Notes: a model not told the origin generated them from the letters alone. 32,000 nucleotides of DNA from Pseudoalteromonas translucida KMM 520 (GCF_001465295.1 NZ_CP011034.1:270001-302000); one strand, 5' to 3'; shown: positions 12,289-23,371, numbered from the stretch's first letter. Numbers and translations: made by a program.

Positions 12289-13578
12289 TTGTTTGACCGC
12301 TATAAATCTGGCGAACAGGCAGTTTTAGTTCATATTGACTTTCCTAAAGAGGGAGATCGCGAAGATCTTCACGAATTAGAATTGTTGGTATCTTCTGCTG
12401 GTGTTAGTAGTTTGGCGGTTGTGCAAGGCAGCCGTCAAGCACCACATCCGAAACTATTTGTCGGAACTGGTAAAGCAGAAGAAATAGCTGAGACTGTTAA
12501 AATCCACAATGCCGATGTCGTTATTTTTAATCATCAACTCAGACCGTCACAAGAGCGTAACTTAGAACGCATTTTGCAATGTCGTGTGCTTGATAGAACC
12601 ACTCTTATTCTTGATATATTTGCGCAACGAGCACGTACCCACGAAGGTAAGTTGCAAGTTGAACTGGCGCAATTGCGTCATATGTCCACGCGACTAATTC
12701 GTGGTTGGACGCATTTAGAGCGTCAAAAAGGGGGCGTGGGTTTACGTGGGCCGGGTGAAACACAGCTCGAAACCGATAGACGCTTATTGCGCGCCCGCCT
12801 GCAAAATATTCGTGCACGGCTAGATAAAGTTGCTGTACAGCGCGAGCAAGGTAGACGCGCTCGTAGTCGTAACGAAATACCAACTGTATCGTTAGTAGGG
12901 TATACTAATGCGGGTAAATCAACATTATTTAATCGCATTACAAACTCAGATGTTTATGCTGCAGATCAATTGTTTGCGACGCTTGACCCAACGTTACGTA
13001 AACTTGAGTTAGGCGATGTTGGTCCGGTTATTTTAGCTGATACTGTTGGCTTTATTCGCCATTTGCCGCATGACTTAGTGGCGGCATTTAAAGCGACGCT
13101 AACAGAAACGCGAGAAGCCGACTTACAGCTGCATGTTATTGATGTGGCAGATGCACGACTAAAAGAAAATATTGAACAAGTACAATCAGTACTCAAAGAA
13201 ATTGAAGCTGATGAAGTACCGCAATTATTGGTTTATAACAAAATTGATGCGCTGGATGATATTACTGCGCGTATTGATCGCGATGATGAAGGCCAACCTA
13301 TAAGGGTATGGCTTTCTGCTCAAACTGGCGAAGGTTGCGAGTTACTTAGCGAAGCTATTAGTGAATTGCTTGCTAAACAAATGCTTAGCGAAACACTATT
13401 ACTCGCACCACAATATGGACGGTTAAGGTCGTCGTTATTTAGTTTAAGTGCAGTAAGCGACGAGCGCTTTGATGAACAAGGTAACTGGCTGTTAGATGTT
13501 AGGTTACCTGTAGTTGAGTGGAATCGTTTAATTAAAGAATTTGGTCCTGAAATTGCTGGTTTTATCGTCTGTGATTAA
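12289..13578 (+). CDS. hflX: Ribosome-associated GTPase HflX
   Basis: 429 aa. MFDRYKSGEQAVLVHIDF... matches the E. coli HflX N-terminus. G motifs GYTNAGKST, DTVGF and NKID are present. The start is TTG, with an AGGAG 8 nt upstream. Confidence 0.96.
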   Translation: MFDRYKSGEQAVLVHIDFPKEGDREDLHELELLVSSAGVSSLAVVQGSRQAPHPKLFVGTGKAEEIAETVKIHNADVVIFNHQLRPSQERNLERILQCRVLDRTTLILDIFAQRARTHEGKLQVELAQLRHMSTRLIRGWTHLERQKGGVGLRGPGETQLETDRRLLRARLQNIRARLDKVAVQREQGRRARSRNEIPTVSLVGYTNAGKSTLFNRITNSDVYAADQLFATLDPTLRKLELGDVGPVILADTVGFIRHLPHDLVAAFKATLTETREADLQLHVIDVADARLKENIEQVQSVLKEIEADEVPQLLVYNKIDALDDITARIDRDDEGQPIRVWLSAQTGEGCELLSEAISELLAKQMLSETLLLAPQYGRLRSSLFSLSAVSDERFDEQGNWLLDVRLPVVEWNRLIKEFGPEIAGFIVCD

Positions 13579-13679
13579 AAATTGATGTAATTAATGTCGG
13601 TTTTTGTATAAGAAACGCAGTAGATTTGTTAGATTTAACTCAATTTCCTTATTTATTTAGATAACAATGGAGTATAGCT

Positions 13680-14849
13680 ATGGCCTGGAATGAACCGGGT
13701 AATAATGGCAATGATAAAGATCCGTGGAATAACAAAGGCGGACGAGATCAAGGCCCACCTGATTTAGACGAGGTGCTGCGTAAATTCAGTAACAAGTTTA
13801 GTGGCTTATTTGGCGGCAAAAAACCGGGCAATGGTAGCGGCGGTGGACTTGGCGGAGCCGGTATTTCATTTATACTTATAATTGCTGTAATTGTATGGGC
13901 ACTCAGTGGTATTTATACCGTGAAAGAAGCCGAGCGTGGTGTGGTTCTTCAATTTGGTAAGTATGATCGTATTGCTGATCCTGGTCTGCGTTGGAAAATG
14001 ACCTTTATTGAAACCATAATACCAGTAGATATTGAAGCTGTTCGTTCATTATCAACGTCTGGTTTTATGTTAACTGAAGACGAAAACGTAGTAAGCGTTG
14101 AGTTTCAAGTGCAATACCGTGTTATTGACCCATACTTGTATAAATTTAGTGTAACTAATGCTGATAGCAGCTTAGAAGAAGCACTAGAAAGTGCACTTCG
14201 TTATGTAGTTGGCCATGCAAAAATGGACCAAGTACTGACTAACGGCCGTGAGGTTGTGCGCCAAAATACATGGGATGAGCTTAACAAGGTTATTGAACCT
14301 TATAACTTAGGTTTAATTGTGACTGACGTGAACTTTAAAGATTCTCGTCCACCGGCTGAAGTTAAAGATGCGTTTGATGATGCAATTGCTGCACAAGAAG
14401 ATGAAGAACGCTTTATCCGTGAAGCTGAAGCATATGCGCGTGAAATTGAACCTCGTGCTCGTGGTCAAGTTACCCGTATGACTCAAGAAGCTGAAGGTTA
14501 TCAAGAACGTATTACACTTGAGGCACAAGGTGAAGTTGCTCGTTTTGAAAAGCTATTACCAGAATATCAAGCAGCTAAAACAGTAACTCGTGAGCGTTTA
14601 TACATTGATGCAATGCAAGAAGTATTAGGCAATAGCTCTAAAGTACTTGTTGATGTAAAAGGTGGCAACAACATGATGTATTTACCACTTGATAAAATTA
14701 TGGAAAAGCAAGGCACAGCAACACGTGTTGCACTTCCTAGCTCAAGTGATATTCAAGACTTACGTAACAAAGTAAATACGTCACGCAATAGCTCTGTTAA
14801 TAGTGGTAGTGACCGCTTTAACAACGATCGTTTTAATGATGGGAGATAA
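13680..14849 (+). CDS. hflK: FtsH modulator HflK (SPFH/band 7)
   Basis: 389 aa. The N-terminus MAWNEPGNNGNDKDPWNNKGGRDQGPPDLDEV is followed by one TM segment and an SPFH domain. The gene lies directly upstream of hflC. Confidence 0.95.
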   Translation: MAWNEPGNNGNDKDPWNNKGGRDQGPPDLDEVLRKFSNKFSGLFGGKKPGNGSGGGLGGAGISFILIIAVIVWALSGIYTVKEAERGVVLQFGKYDRIADPGLRWKMTFIETIIPVDIEAVRSLSTSGFMLTEDENVVSVEFQVQYRVIDPYLYKFSVTNADSSLEEALESALRYVVGHAKMDQVLTNGREVVRQNTWDELNKVIEPYNLGLIVTDVNFKDSRPPAEVKDAFDDAIAAQEDEERFIREAEAYAREIEPRARGQVTRMTQEAEGYQERITLEAQGEVARFEKLLPEYQAAKTVTRERLYIDAMQEVLGNSSKVLVDVKGGNNMMYLPLDKIMEKQGTATRVALPSSSDIQDLRNKVNTSRNSSVNSGSDRFNNDRFNDGR

Positions 14850-14854
14850 CAATA

Positions 14855-15733
14855 ATGAAAAACTTTAGTTTAGTCATACTATTAGCTGCCATTGTAATGT
14901 CTTTCTCGTCTGTTTTTGTTGTACCTGAAGGGCAAAAAGCAATTGTTTTGTTATTCAGTAAAGTACAAAAAGACAGTGATGATCAAGCCATAGTGTACAG
15001 CCCAGGCTTACAATTTAAAGTACCATTTTTTAGCCAAGTACGTCGCATTGATGCACGTATTCAAACGCTTGATGGTACACCAGACCGCTTTGTAACGAGC
15101 GAGAAAAAAGACTTAATTGTTGATTCGTTTGTAAAATGGCGTGTGAACGACTTTAGTGCTTTTTACTTGCGTGCTCGTGGCGATAAGCAATATGCTGAAA
15201 CGCTGCTAGAACAAAAAGTAAATAACGGTCTACGTACTAACTTTGGTACACGTACTATTCGTGAAATAGTGTCGGGTGAGCGTAGCGAGTTAATGGAAGA
15301 GGCGTTAGTACAAGCTTCTGAAAGTGCCCGCGAGCTAGGTATTGAAGTGCTTGACGTGCGTGTTAAGCAAATAAACTTACCACAAGAAGTAAGCAGCTCG
15401 ATTTATCAACGTATGCGTGCTGAGCGTACTGCGGTTGCTAAAGAGCATCGTTCAGAAGGTCAAGAAAAAGCCGAAACAATTCGTGCTGGCGTTGATCGTC
15501 GTGTAACGGTAATGCTTGCTGATGCTGAGCGTAATTCACGTACGGTACGTGGTCAAGGTGATGCAGATGCAGCGGCTATTTATGCTAATGCGTATAATAA
15601 AGATCCTGAGTTTTTTAGTTTTGTTCGTTCGTTAGAGGCGTATAAACAAACCTTTAAAAACAAGCAAGACGTAATGGTTCTTTCACCAGATAGCGACTTC
15701 TTTAAATATATGAAAGGTGCTACAGCACAATAA
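14855..15733 (+). CDS. hflC: FtsH modulator HflC (SPFH/band 7)
   Basis: 292 aa with an N-terminal TM anchor and an SPFH domain. It starts 5 nt after the hflK stop. Confidence 0.95.
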   Translation: MKNFSLVILLAAIVMSFSSVFVVPEGQKAIVLLFSKVQKDSDDQAIVYSPGLQFKVPFFSQVRRIDARIQTLDGTPDRFVTSEKKDLIVDSFVKWRVNDFSAFYLRARGDKQYAETLLEQKVNNGLRTNFGTRTIREIVSGERSELMEEALVQASESARELGIEVLDVRVKQINLPQEVSSSIYQRMRAERTAVAKEHRSEGQEKAETIRAGVDRRVTVMLADAERNSRTVRGQGDADAAAIYANAYNKDPEFFSFVRSLEAYKQTFKNKQDVMVLSPDSDFFKYMKGATAQ

Positions 15734-15756
15734 AGCTAACCAATATATTTAAATCT

Positions 15757-15785
15757 TAAAAGCCTCGCGTTAGTGGGGCTTTTTA
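15757..15785 (+). terminator. Rho-independent terminator after hflC
   Basis: AGCCTC-gcgttagt-GGGGCT forms a 6-bp stem with one G-U pair. It is flanked by AAAA upstream and TTTTT downstream. Confidence 0.75.
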
Positions 15786-15905
15786 TTGAAACAGATTTAA
15801 TGCATTAAACCACTGTTATCTATGTGGTTATTAGTTAATATTTATACATATAAATATACGAGCGGAAAATATAAGCTAAACGGGGTGAACTTTGGCTTTG
15901 TTTTC

Positions 15906-17258
<1,353 letters not shown>

Positions 17259-17273
17259 TATCAACTAGACTTG

Positions 17274-17301
17274 AAAAAAGCTGCTTAATGCAGCTTTTTT
17301 T
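17274..17301 (+). terminator. Rho-independent terminator after purA
   Basis: An A-run precedes GCTGC-ttaat-GCAGC, which is followed by TTTTTTT. Confidence 0.85.
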
Positions 17302-17369
17302 ATGTCTAAAAATAACAATAGAGTATAAATAACCTGAGATCCGGATAATAAACTTATCTCAAGCAGTTA

Positions 17370-17448
17370 TTTTCAGCGCTAACTGCGTAGAATTTACTTG
17401 CAATAGGCCAGCTATTGACGCGTAAATTCGCCTTGTTTTCACTGAAAA
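17370..17448. repeat. Imperfect 79-nt palindrome (three-helix hairpin) in the purA/Sel1 intergenic region
   Basis: Three nested pairings form the hairpin. TTTTCAG (17370-76) pairs with CTGAAAA (17442-48). GAATTTA (17390-96) pairs with TAAATTC (17423-29). CAATAG (17401-06) pairs with CTATTG (17412-17) around the loop GCCAG. Confidence 0.5.
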
Positions 17449-17580
17449 CCTCTGGCTAGAGAAAATAAAATTAAATATAACTATGATTCAATACGTTAGT
17501 AAATCTCTTAACCAGAGTTCAGGTTAAATATTAATTTTGGAACGATCTTTGTATAGTATTTAATAGGTTTATTTTTATAA

Positions 17581-18228
17581 GTGATGAAGATGCAGTTACT
17601 TTTTAGTCATTCAGTTTTGTTATTACCATTAATGACATTCTCTTTATTGATGAGCAGCAATAGCTTAGCTGAGGAAACGGCAGCAGCAGTGCCACTGTAT
17701 ACTGAGACTGAGTTAATTTCGCTAATTAATAAAAACACCCACTTAGCTCGGGTTAAGGCAGATGATTGCCAGTTAGTACAAGATATAGAAGCGCGAGCCA
17801 ATAAAATGGCATTACCATCGTATCAATTTTTATATGGCGATATGCTAGCCTATAACGTATGTGTTGATCGCGATGTAGAGTTAGGTGTGTACTATATGCA
17901 AAAAGCGGCTGAGCAGGGCTTAGCAGCGGCTTTAGAACAGTTAGGGCGTTACTACGATATTGGGCGTTTGGTACAACAAGATAAAGCAATGGCAATCACT
18001 TATTTGCGTGAAGCGTCATCGCAGGGAAATTTAAAAGCGCAGTTTCGCTTAGTTAAGCTATTTAACCAAGGCTATGGCAGTCCACGCGACTTTGAGGATA
18101 TGTATCGTTGGTTATTTAATACCAAGGTCGCAGATGCTAATACGCATAAAAAAATTGAGCGTTTATTAGCTCAGTTAGCTGAAAAAATGCCAGCCAGTGT
18201 TGTGGCTCGTGCTCGCCTACCCATGTAA
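17581..18228 (+). CDS. Secreted Sel1-repeat (SLR/TPR-like) protein
   Basis: 215 aa with a signal peptide (LLLPLMTFSLLMSSNSLAEE). Tandem Sel1-type repeats are present: GVYYMQKAAEQGLAAALEQLGRYYDIG...AITYLREASSQGNLKAQFRLVKLFNQGYG. The start is uncertain among GTG 17581, ATG 17584 and ATG 17590. Confidence 0.75.
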   Translation: MMKMQLLFSHSVLLLPLMTFSLLMSSNSLAEETAAAVPLYTETELISLINKNTHLARVKADDCQLVQDIEARANKMALPSYQFLYGDMLAYNVCVDRDVELGVYYMQKAAEQGLAAALEQLGRYYDIGRLVQQDKAMAITYLREASSQGNLKAQFRLVKLFNQGYGSPRDFEDMYRWLFNTKVADANTHKKIERLLAQLAEKMPASVVARARLPM

Positions 18229-18254
18229 GCATATTGATATACCAAAAACACACT

Positions 18255-18287
18255 AAAAAGGCCTAACTCTTGCGAGTTAGGCCTTTA
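18255..18287. terminator. Bidirectional terminator between the convergent Sel1 and antiporter genes
   Basis: An 11-bp stem pairs AGGCCTAACTC (18259-69) with GAGTTAGGCCT (18274-84) around a 4-nt loop. AAAA lies on one side and TT on the other. Confidence 0.8.
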
Positions 18288-18309
18288 CATTAAAAGCTAA
18301 CAAACAGTG

Positions 18310-20157
18310 TTAACTTTCTTCTTTAGCTTTAGCTTGTGAATCTTTTAGTAGTGATATTTTAGCTGGTTGCAAAGCAACAATGCGCTCACCTTCTTGCGGT
18401 GGCTTTTCCATATCACTGGTAAAGGGTCTAAGTTTAACTGGCGCATCGTCATCGCCATCTTTATCCCCTTTGAGAATAAACAGTGGAATTGCCTCTGGGT
18501 TCATTTCTTGATATTGCTCCCAGCTAAACTCATCAGAAATACGGGTAGCACTTACTTTACCGCCTTTCGCTATCACACTGCTTAAGCGTGCATAAGAGCC
18601 ATTTTCACCAAATAAAATTTGGCGCGATAAGAAAGTCGCACTGTCTTTATTCGCTTTAGCATGCGATGAAGATGAACGTAGCGAAAACACATTTTTATCA
18701 TTAAGTAAGTGAGAAAAATATTGTACACCTAGCGCATTGTGATGGCGATTTGGTGACAGTGCCAACACACTACGAATAGTGGTTAAAGGCAAGTAACGCT
18801 CAGCATGTTCAGATTGCGGATTACCGTAGTAACAAGGCAAACCATCCATACGGGCCATTTTACAGTTTTCCCATGCAGGGTCAGATAAGTGCACAGGAAT
18901 ATTTTGATCTTTTAAGCCACGCGCAATAGCCCGCGACACATGGTTTGCGCCAATAATTAAAATGGTACTTGGTGATGGTTGACGTACACCAAGCAGTTTA
19001 GCTAAAGGGATGGCAGTTAGGCTTTGTAGCACCACGGTAATAATAATAACGGTAAATATGAGTGGCACCATTTTTTCTGCATCAGCAACACCTGCTTCCA
19101 TCATGCTCAGCGCAAATACAGAGCCAACAGCTGCGGCAACAATACCGCGTGGCGCAATCCAAGCGAGTACTAGGCGTGACTTCATTGGTAGGTCAGTACC
19201 AAAAGTCGATATTGCAATACACACAGGGCGAGCAATAAATAGCACGATAGCTAAAAATATAAAAACGTCACTATCTAGCATCATTAAATCAGAGAGTTCT
19301 AACCTTGCTGCAAGTAAAATAAACAGTGTTGAGATTAAAATCATTGATAGATCTTCTTTAAACTCAAGCACCGAATCAATTTCTAAATCATCTTGGTTAG
19401 CAAGCCAAATACCAAATACAGTCACAGCTAATAAACCTGATTCATGGCTTAAGTGATTAGAGACGGAAAAACTTATAAGCACTAGGGCTAAAATACCAAA
19501 CTTATGTAACTCAAAGGGTAACCACTCTCGGCGCATAAGTTGTGTAGTAAGCCAACCTGCAACAACACCAATTGTTAAGCCTACACCTAAGGTTTTAACT
19601 AGCGCAATAATGGTATGGCTAAATATTTGGCCTTCGCCAACCAACATCACGGCTTCAAAAACTAATACTGCAAAAAGAGCACCAATAGGGTCTATAACAA
19701 TGCCTTCCCAGCGTAGTATTCGGTCGATGTCTTGAGTTGGTCGCATAGAGTTTAGCAAAGGGGCAATAACAGTAGGACCCGTTACAACAAGTACAGCGCC
19801 GAGCACAGCAGCTACCCGCCAGTTAAGTTCTAATAGCCAATAAGCACTAAAGCTAATGATTATACACGTAGTAAGCATGCCAATAGAGCACAGGTTTCTG
19901 ACTACTTTACTGATGCCTTTTAATTCTCTGAAGTGCAGGGTAAGAGAGCCTTCAAATAAAATTATAGCAACGCTAAGTGACACAACAGGAAAGAGTAAAT
20001 CGCCTAAAAGCGCGTCAGGATCTAGTACGCCAGTAAATGGCCCTAATAATAGTCCTGTAAGCAACAAAAACAGAATAGCAGGGACTCTAAACGCCCATGC
20101 TACCCACTGGGCAAGCACAGAGCAAAGTGCGATACCGGCTATATAAATTGCTGACAT
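18310..20157 (-). CDS. CPA1-family Na+(K+)/H+ antiporter with C-terminal RCK/TrkA-N-like cytoplasmic domain
   Basis: 615 aa. Roughly 390 aa form a polytopic membrane domain typical of Na_H_Exchanger proteins (...VVTGPTVIAPLL...RWEGIVIDPIGALFAV...IAPRGIVAAAV...). The soluble tail then begins STILIIGANHVSRAIARGLKDQNIPVHLSD. Confidence 0.85.
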   Translation of the reverse strand: MSAIYIAGIALCSVLAQWVAWAFRVPAILFLLLTGLLLGPFTGVLDPDALLGDLLFPVVSLSVAIILFEGSLTLHFRELKGISKVVRNLCSIGMLTTCIIISFSAYWLLELNWRVAAVLGAVLVVTGPTVIAPLLNSMRPTQDIDRILRWEGIVIDPIGALFAVLVFEAVMLVGEGQIFSHTIIALVKTLGVGLTIGVVAGWLTTQLMRREWLPFELHKFGILALVLISFSVSNHLSHESGLLAVTVFGIWLANQDDLEIDSVLEFKEDLSMILISTLFILLAARLELSDLMMLDSDVFIFLAIVLFIARPVCIAISTFGTDLPMKSRLVLAWIAPRGIVAAAVGSVFALSMMEAGVADAEKMVPLIFTVIIITVVLQSLTAIPLAKLLGVRQPSPSTILIIGANHVSRAIARGLKDQNIPVHLSDPAWENCKMARMDGLPCYYGNPQSEHAERYLPLTTIRSVLALSPNRHHNALGVQYFSHLLNDKNVFSLRSSSSHAKANKDSATFLSRQILFGENGSYARLSSVIAKGGKVSATRISDEFSWEQYQEMNPEAIPLFILKGDKDGDDDAPVKLRPFTSDMEKPPQEGERIVALQPAKISLLKDSQAKAKEES

Positions 20158-21020
20158 AGAATAAGAATTCCTTGTGGATATGATAGATAAAAGTATAACT
20201 TATGTTAATTATAATACAGGGGTATACACGGATAAGTTAAATTTTGCTAATAGAATTTTAGCTGTTTATCAGATATTACGGGTTTTGAAGTCTGTTATTT
20301 TATCAGTAATTTTAATAAATACCCTATAAAAAGGGTTTAACTTTCTGATAATTAATACAAAAACAGTTCGTAAAATAAGCTGTATTTTACTTGGTTTGAA
20401 TTTTAACCTTGATTTTACCTGCAGTTTTAGCGTATTATACTTCGTGTTCAAACAATTAGTCATCTAATTAAGTGGTTATTTTAAAATAATAACTTATTAA
20501 TATTAGAGTCACTTTAAAGCGGTATAATACTGTTTTGTAGTGATTTAAGGGTTTGAGCAGTATAAATATCATTTACCGAACTCTTTGGTATGATTTTGCT
20601 AAACAAGTTTATTTAACTATTTAAATAAATAAAGGTTTGAGTTGAATTATTACCTTTCAATATTTAGCCCCCATCGTGGCGGTTAAATCTCGGTCCTTAA
20701 GTCATCACCCTATCTGTTGGTGTATCTGACTTAAGAGGCTCTATGTATGTTGTTAATAAAAAAGCCACACACAGCTTTTGCAGCGATACATAAACAACAC
20801 TTTTTAAATTTTTTGTTAGTACTATTCAACACCGTTGAGTTGTTGCTATTTAGTACTTGCGCTTAAATCTATAACAACAGTTTTAGATAGAGTCGCTTTG
20901 CGTGTGTAAAAAAGTGTTTTTAAATGATAAACCAAATTCGAAGCTATGTTTTAAACCTAGCTAACTAGTTTTAGCTCATCACATTGCATGAGCGCAAATA
21001 AAATGGAAAGTTGAACATTT

Positions 21021-22127
21021 ATGAATAAGTTAAATTGGCGACGTATAGTACTTAAAGTAGGTAGTGCTTTAATTGCACCGGATCAAGATGGCTGCCGTTC
21101 ACGTTACATATTAACCATTGCACAGTTTATTGTTCGCTGTCGTGCTCGTGGTATTGAAGTTATTTTAGTTTCGTCAGGCTCAGTTGCTGCGGGGGCACAT
21201 TTGTTCCCATCAGATACAGCACGTTCAGTCGTGATGAAAAAAGCAATGGCTGCCGCAGGTCAAACAGAAATGATAGCAATGTGGGATAGGTTTTTTGACT
21301 TTCCATCAGCTCAATTATTATTAACCCACGGTGACTTACGTGATCATGAACGCTATCAAAGTATTCGCGAAACTGTATTTACTTTGCTTGAGCACGGCGT
21401 GTTACCTATTATTAATGAAAATGATGCAGTAACAACCGATGATCTAAAAGTAGGTGATAACGATAACTTATCTGCTATGGTTGCAGCAGCTGCTGATGCA
21501 GATGCACTGCTTATATTTTCAGATGTGGATGGGTTATATGATAAAAATCCTAACTTGCATGACGATGCTATTTTACTGCCTGAAATAAAATCAATTGATG
21601 ACTCTATTTATGCTATGGCAGGATGTGCAACTAGCGCAGTTGGTACAGGTGGTATGAAAACCAAAATTGAAGCGGCTGAAAAAGCAACCTCACATGGGAT
21701 TTCAACTTATATTATTAACGGCTTTAAAGAAGAGACATTTACGCGTTTACTTGCAGGTGAAAACCCTGGGACTATTTTCTTACCATACGAAAAACCAATG
21801 CAAGATTCTGTACATTGGATGACGCACACTGCAAATGAGCAGGGTGAAGTTGTTGTAGATGGCTCGTTTGATAAGTCACTCGAAGGTGAAACTGGCTGTA
21901 TTCGTGGCGATGAAATAATGGCCGTGCATGGCGAGTTCGCAATTGGTGACACTATTTTAGTACGCAGTGAAGATGGTACGCGTTTAGCCAAAGCAACCGC
22001 AAATTATAGTAGCTGTTTGTTGAGCTTTATTGCTGACAACGAACAGAGTGAATTCAGCGAAAAAATGCAGGACTCAATTGGACCTGTTATATCTGAAAAA
22101 CATATCGCATTATTGGAGAAGTCATGA
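21021..22127 (+). CDS. proB: Glutamate 5-kinase (amino-acid kinase + PUA domain)
   Basis: 368 aa. Motifs RIVLKVGSALI, VILVSSGSVAAG, INENDAV and GTGGMKTKIEAA are present, followed by a C-terminal PUA-like segment. The gene overlaps proA by 4 nt (ATGA). Confidence 0.95.
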   Translation: MNKLNWRRIVLKVGSALIAPDQDGCRSRYILTIAQFIVRCRARGIEVILVSSGSVAAGAHLFPSDTARSVVMKKAMAAAGQTEMIAMWDRFFDFPSAQLLLTHGDLRDHERYQSIRETVFTLLEHGVLPIINENDAVTTDDLKVGDNDNLSAMVAAAADADALLIFSDVDGLYDKNPNLHDDAILLPEIKSIDDSIYAMAGCATSAVGTGGMKTKIEAAEKATSHGISTYIINGFKEETFTRLLAGENPGTIFLPYEKPMQDSVHWMTHTANEQGEVVVDGSFDKSLEGETGCIRGDEIMAVHGEFAIGDTILVRSEDGTRLAKATANYSSCLLSFIADNEQSEFSEKMQDSIGPVISEKHIALLEKS

Positions 22128-23371
22128 GTTTAATTACGGATATTTCACGCCAGGCAGCAAAAGCTGCTCATCAGTTAGCGTTACTCGATACCGAGACAAA
22201 AAATAAAGTGCTATTGGACATGGCTGCAGCACTGCGTGCAGAAAAAGCATTTATTATTAAAGAGAACGAAAGCGATTTAGCCGCGGCACGCGACAATAAC
22301 TTAGCAGCCGCAATGGTCGACCGTCTAACGCTTAACGATGAACGTGTAGAAGCAATGGCTGAAGGCATCGAAGTGATTGTAAGCTTAGATGATCCGGTTG
22401 GTCAGCTACGCGATATTACCGAACGCCCAAATGGCATTAAAATTCGTAAAATGCGCGTACCACTAGGCGTAGTTTGTATGATTTACGAAGCGCGCCCTAA
22501 TGTAACTGCAGATGCGGGTGCATTGTGTTTTAAATCGGGTAATAGCGTAATTTTACGCGGCGGTAAAGAAGCACTTAAAAGCTCACAAGCAATTGCTAGC
22601 GTAATGCACAGCGTGCTAGCAAAGCATAATTTACCTGAGGCACTTATTTCGGTAATTCCTGACCCCGATCGTGGCTTATTAATGGAATTAATGCAGCAAC
22701 GTGACAGCATTGATTTAATTATACCGCGTGGTGGTGAAGGGTTAATAAACTTTGTAACCGAAAACAGCACAATTCCAGTGATCCAACACTTTAAAGGTGT
22801 ATGTCATTTATATGTTGATAAAGACGCTGATCTTGAAGTGGCAATTAACCTACTGCTTAATGGTAAAACGCAACGTACCGGTGTGTGTAATGCTTTAGAA
22901 GGCTTAGTTGTACATCAAGATATTGCCGATGAGTTTTTAAACTTGTGTGCGGTAGTGTTACGTCAAGAAGGTGTTAAAATTAATGCCGATAGCCAAGCAG
23001 CTACGTATTTTGACAATGCAACAGTACTGGGCGACGATGAGTTTGGTGAAGAGTATTTAGATTTAGAAATAGCCATTCGCGTAGTTCCAAGTTTTGCGGC
23101 AGCTGTAGAGCACATAGCGCAATTTGGTTCGCACCATACAGAAGTAATTTGTACTAAAAACGCTGCTACGGCAGAGTTATTCCAACGTAGTATTGATGCT
23201 TCGGTAGTAACTGTTAACGCCTCATCGCGTTTTTCAGACGGTTCACAACTGGGCTTAGGTGCCGAGATTGGTATTGCAACGTCTAAGCTACATGCTTACG
23301 GACCTATGGGCCTTGAGTCACTAACTACTGAAAAGTATTTAGTTAATGGCGACGGTCAGATCCGCGAATAA
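22124..23371 (+). CDS. proA: Gamma-glutamyl phosphate reductase
   Basis: 415 aa. The fold is aldehyde dehydrogenase-like, with IYEARPNVT, ILRGGKEA and the catalytic-Cys region RTGVCNALE. Confidence 0.96.
   Translation: MSLITDISRQAAKAAHQLALLDTETKNKVLLDMAAALRAEKAFIIKENESDLAAARDNNLAAAMVDRLTLNDERVEAMAEGIEVIVSLDDPVGQLRDITERPNGIKIRKMRVPLGVVCMIYEARPNVTADAGALCFKSGNSVILRGGKEALKSSQAIASVMHSVLAKHNLPEALISVIPDPDRGLLMELMQQRDSIDLIIPRGGEGLINFVTENSTIPVIQHFKGVCHLYVDKDADLEVAINLLLNGKTQRTGVCNALEGLVVHQDIADEFLNLCAVVLRQEGVKINADSQAATYFDNATVLGDDEFGEEYLDLEIAIRVVPSFAAAVEHIAQFGSHHTEVICTKNAATAELFQRSIDASVVTVNASSRFSDGSQLGLGAEIGIATSKLHAYGPMGLESLTTEKYLVNGDGQIRE

Noticed and set aside
12605-13196. Three minus-strand ORFs inside hflX
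   Set aside because: They are antisense shadows of a strongly conserved GTPase gene.
19010-20146. + strand ORFs (148 and 96 aa) inside the antiporter gene
   Set aside because: They are antisense to a long hydrophobic transporter frame, so they are spurious.
20269-20463. 64-aa minus-strand ORF in the long proB-upstream spacer
   Set aside because: It has a K/I/L/F/N-rich composition consistent with AT-rich non-coding DNA, with no RBS and no motif.
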